Translations under genes and position numbers: made by a program
Source of the DNA: Candidatus Wildermuthbacteria bacterium
Lineage (GTDB): Bacteria; Patescibacteriota; Minisyncoccia; Minisyncoccales; UBA10102
DNA: 64,000 nt
Direction: 5' to 3'
Assembly (NCBI GenBank): GCA_016181405.1
Contig: JACOZJ010000002.1
Span: forward strand, 74,608 to 138,607
Shown here: positions 63,890 to 64,000 of the stretch, one piece after another
Layout of the letters: every line of letters begins with the position of its first letter
Position numbering within the stretch: position 1 is the first letter of the stretch
Notes under the pieces: generated by a model
The model's input: only the letters and a program-made list of their open reading frames with translations
Database searches by the model: none
What the model was told of the DNA's origin: nothing

Positions 63890-64000
63890 CTGCCATCCTC
63901 TAGCCTGAAGCTAGAACTTGGGGAGGACGTACCACTCGGTAGTACCCCCCCATATACCGCAACACGACGCCGCACCATATGCACTCGAGAACATTATGCT

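Noticed and set aside
63816-64000. T-box riboswitch upstream of leuS (GAGUGGUACGUCC resembles the T-box core, and a terminator follows)
   Set aside because: I could not build the antiterminator. The UGGU is not in a 5'-side bulge, the putative A1 helix has no partner, and the terminator's 5' strand is not shared with any alternative helix. Two reading frames stay open from the window edge to stops at 63911 and 63900, so the hairpin is more simply the terminator of an upstream gene. Stem I would lie outside the window, so this cannot be fully excluded. An Rfam T-box scan of the extended region would settle it.
1-64000. CRISPR arrays, transposases or IS elements, integrases, prophage genes, DGR (reverse transcriptase with TR/VR pair), rRNA operons
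   Set aside because: None was found. There are no regularly spaced repeats, no RT, transposase or integrase-like ORFs, and no near-identical ~100-bp repeat pairs. The only repeats seen are those listed as features.

Overview
This is a gene-dense, almost intron-free bacterial window with about 60 CDS and one tRNA. Roughly 90% of the genes lie on the minus strand, and many adjacent genes overlap at their stop and start codons (ATGA type). The gene content suggests a small-genome, Gram-positive-type organism, possibly Patescibacteria/CPR-like. That placement is inference only. It rests on comEA/comEC, a minimal Mfd, a tail-less FtsZ, secreted coiled-coil plus peptidoglycan-binding proteins, a Wzy-like/TPR membrane protein, and very little biosynthetic capacity beyond folD/glyA.

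Housekeeping genes recognised:
- clpB, htrA, nifS-like
- ftsZ, ftsA, ybeY
- rpsU, hisS, lepB, pth, mfd, topA
- tRNA-Leu(CAA)
- folD, glyA, tsaC, speH, glmS, leuS

Accessory loci of interest:
1. 1-5.9 kb: an NDP-deoxysugar operon containing a ThDP-dependent E1 alpha/beta pair with no E2/E3. It is headed by an HTH gene with an operator-like promoter.
2. 8.2-17 kb: an ECF sigma and anti-sigma-like pair upstream of an envelope module. The secreted proteins of this module share a Q/L-rich coiled coil and PG-binding domains.
3. 18.7-23.5 kb: htrA-clpB followed by an HtrA homologue that has lost its catalytic triad.
4. 24.7-25.4 kb: an unannotated 43-aa Cys/His sORF with its own promoter, SD and terminator. 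It converges on a GC-rich locus carrying a 15-bp perfect inverted repeat.
5. 49.5-61.2 kb: an exopolysaccharide locus. It holds a HasA/NodC-like processive GT2, an NDP-sugar dehydrogenase, a deacetylase, glmS, a GlmU-like enzyme and tandem ConA-like secreted paralogues.
6. 50.8-52.3 kb: a speH plus DUF43 (BpsA-like) polyamine pair.

No CRISPR array, transposase, integrase, reverse transcriptase or rRNA was seen. All functional calls come from motif recognition by eye and need HMM/BLAST confirmation.
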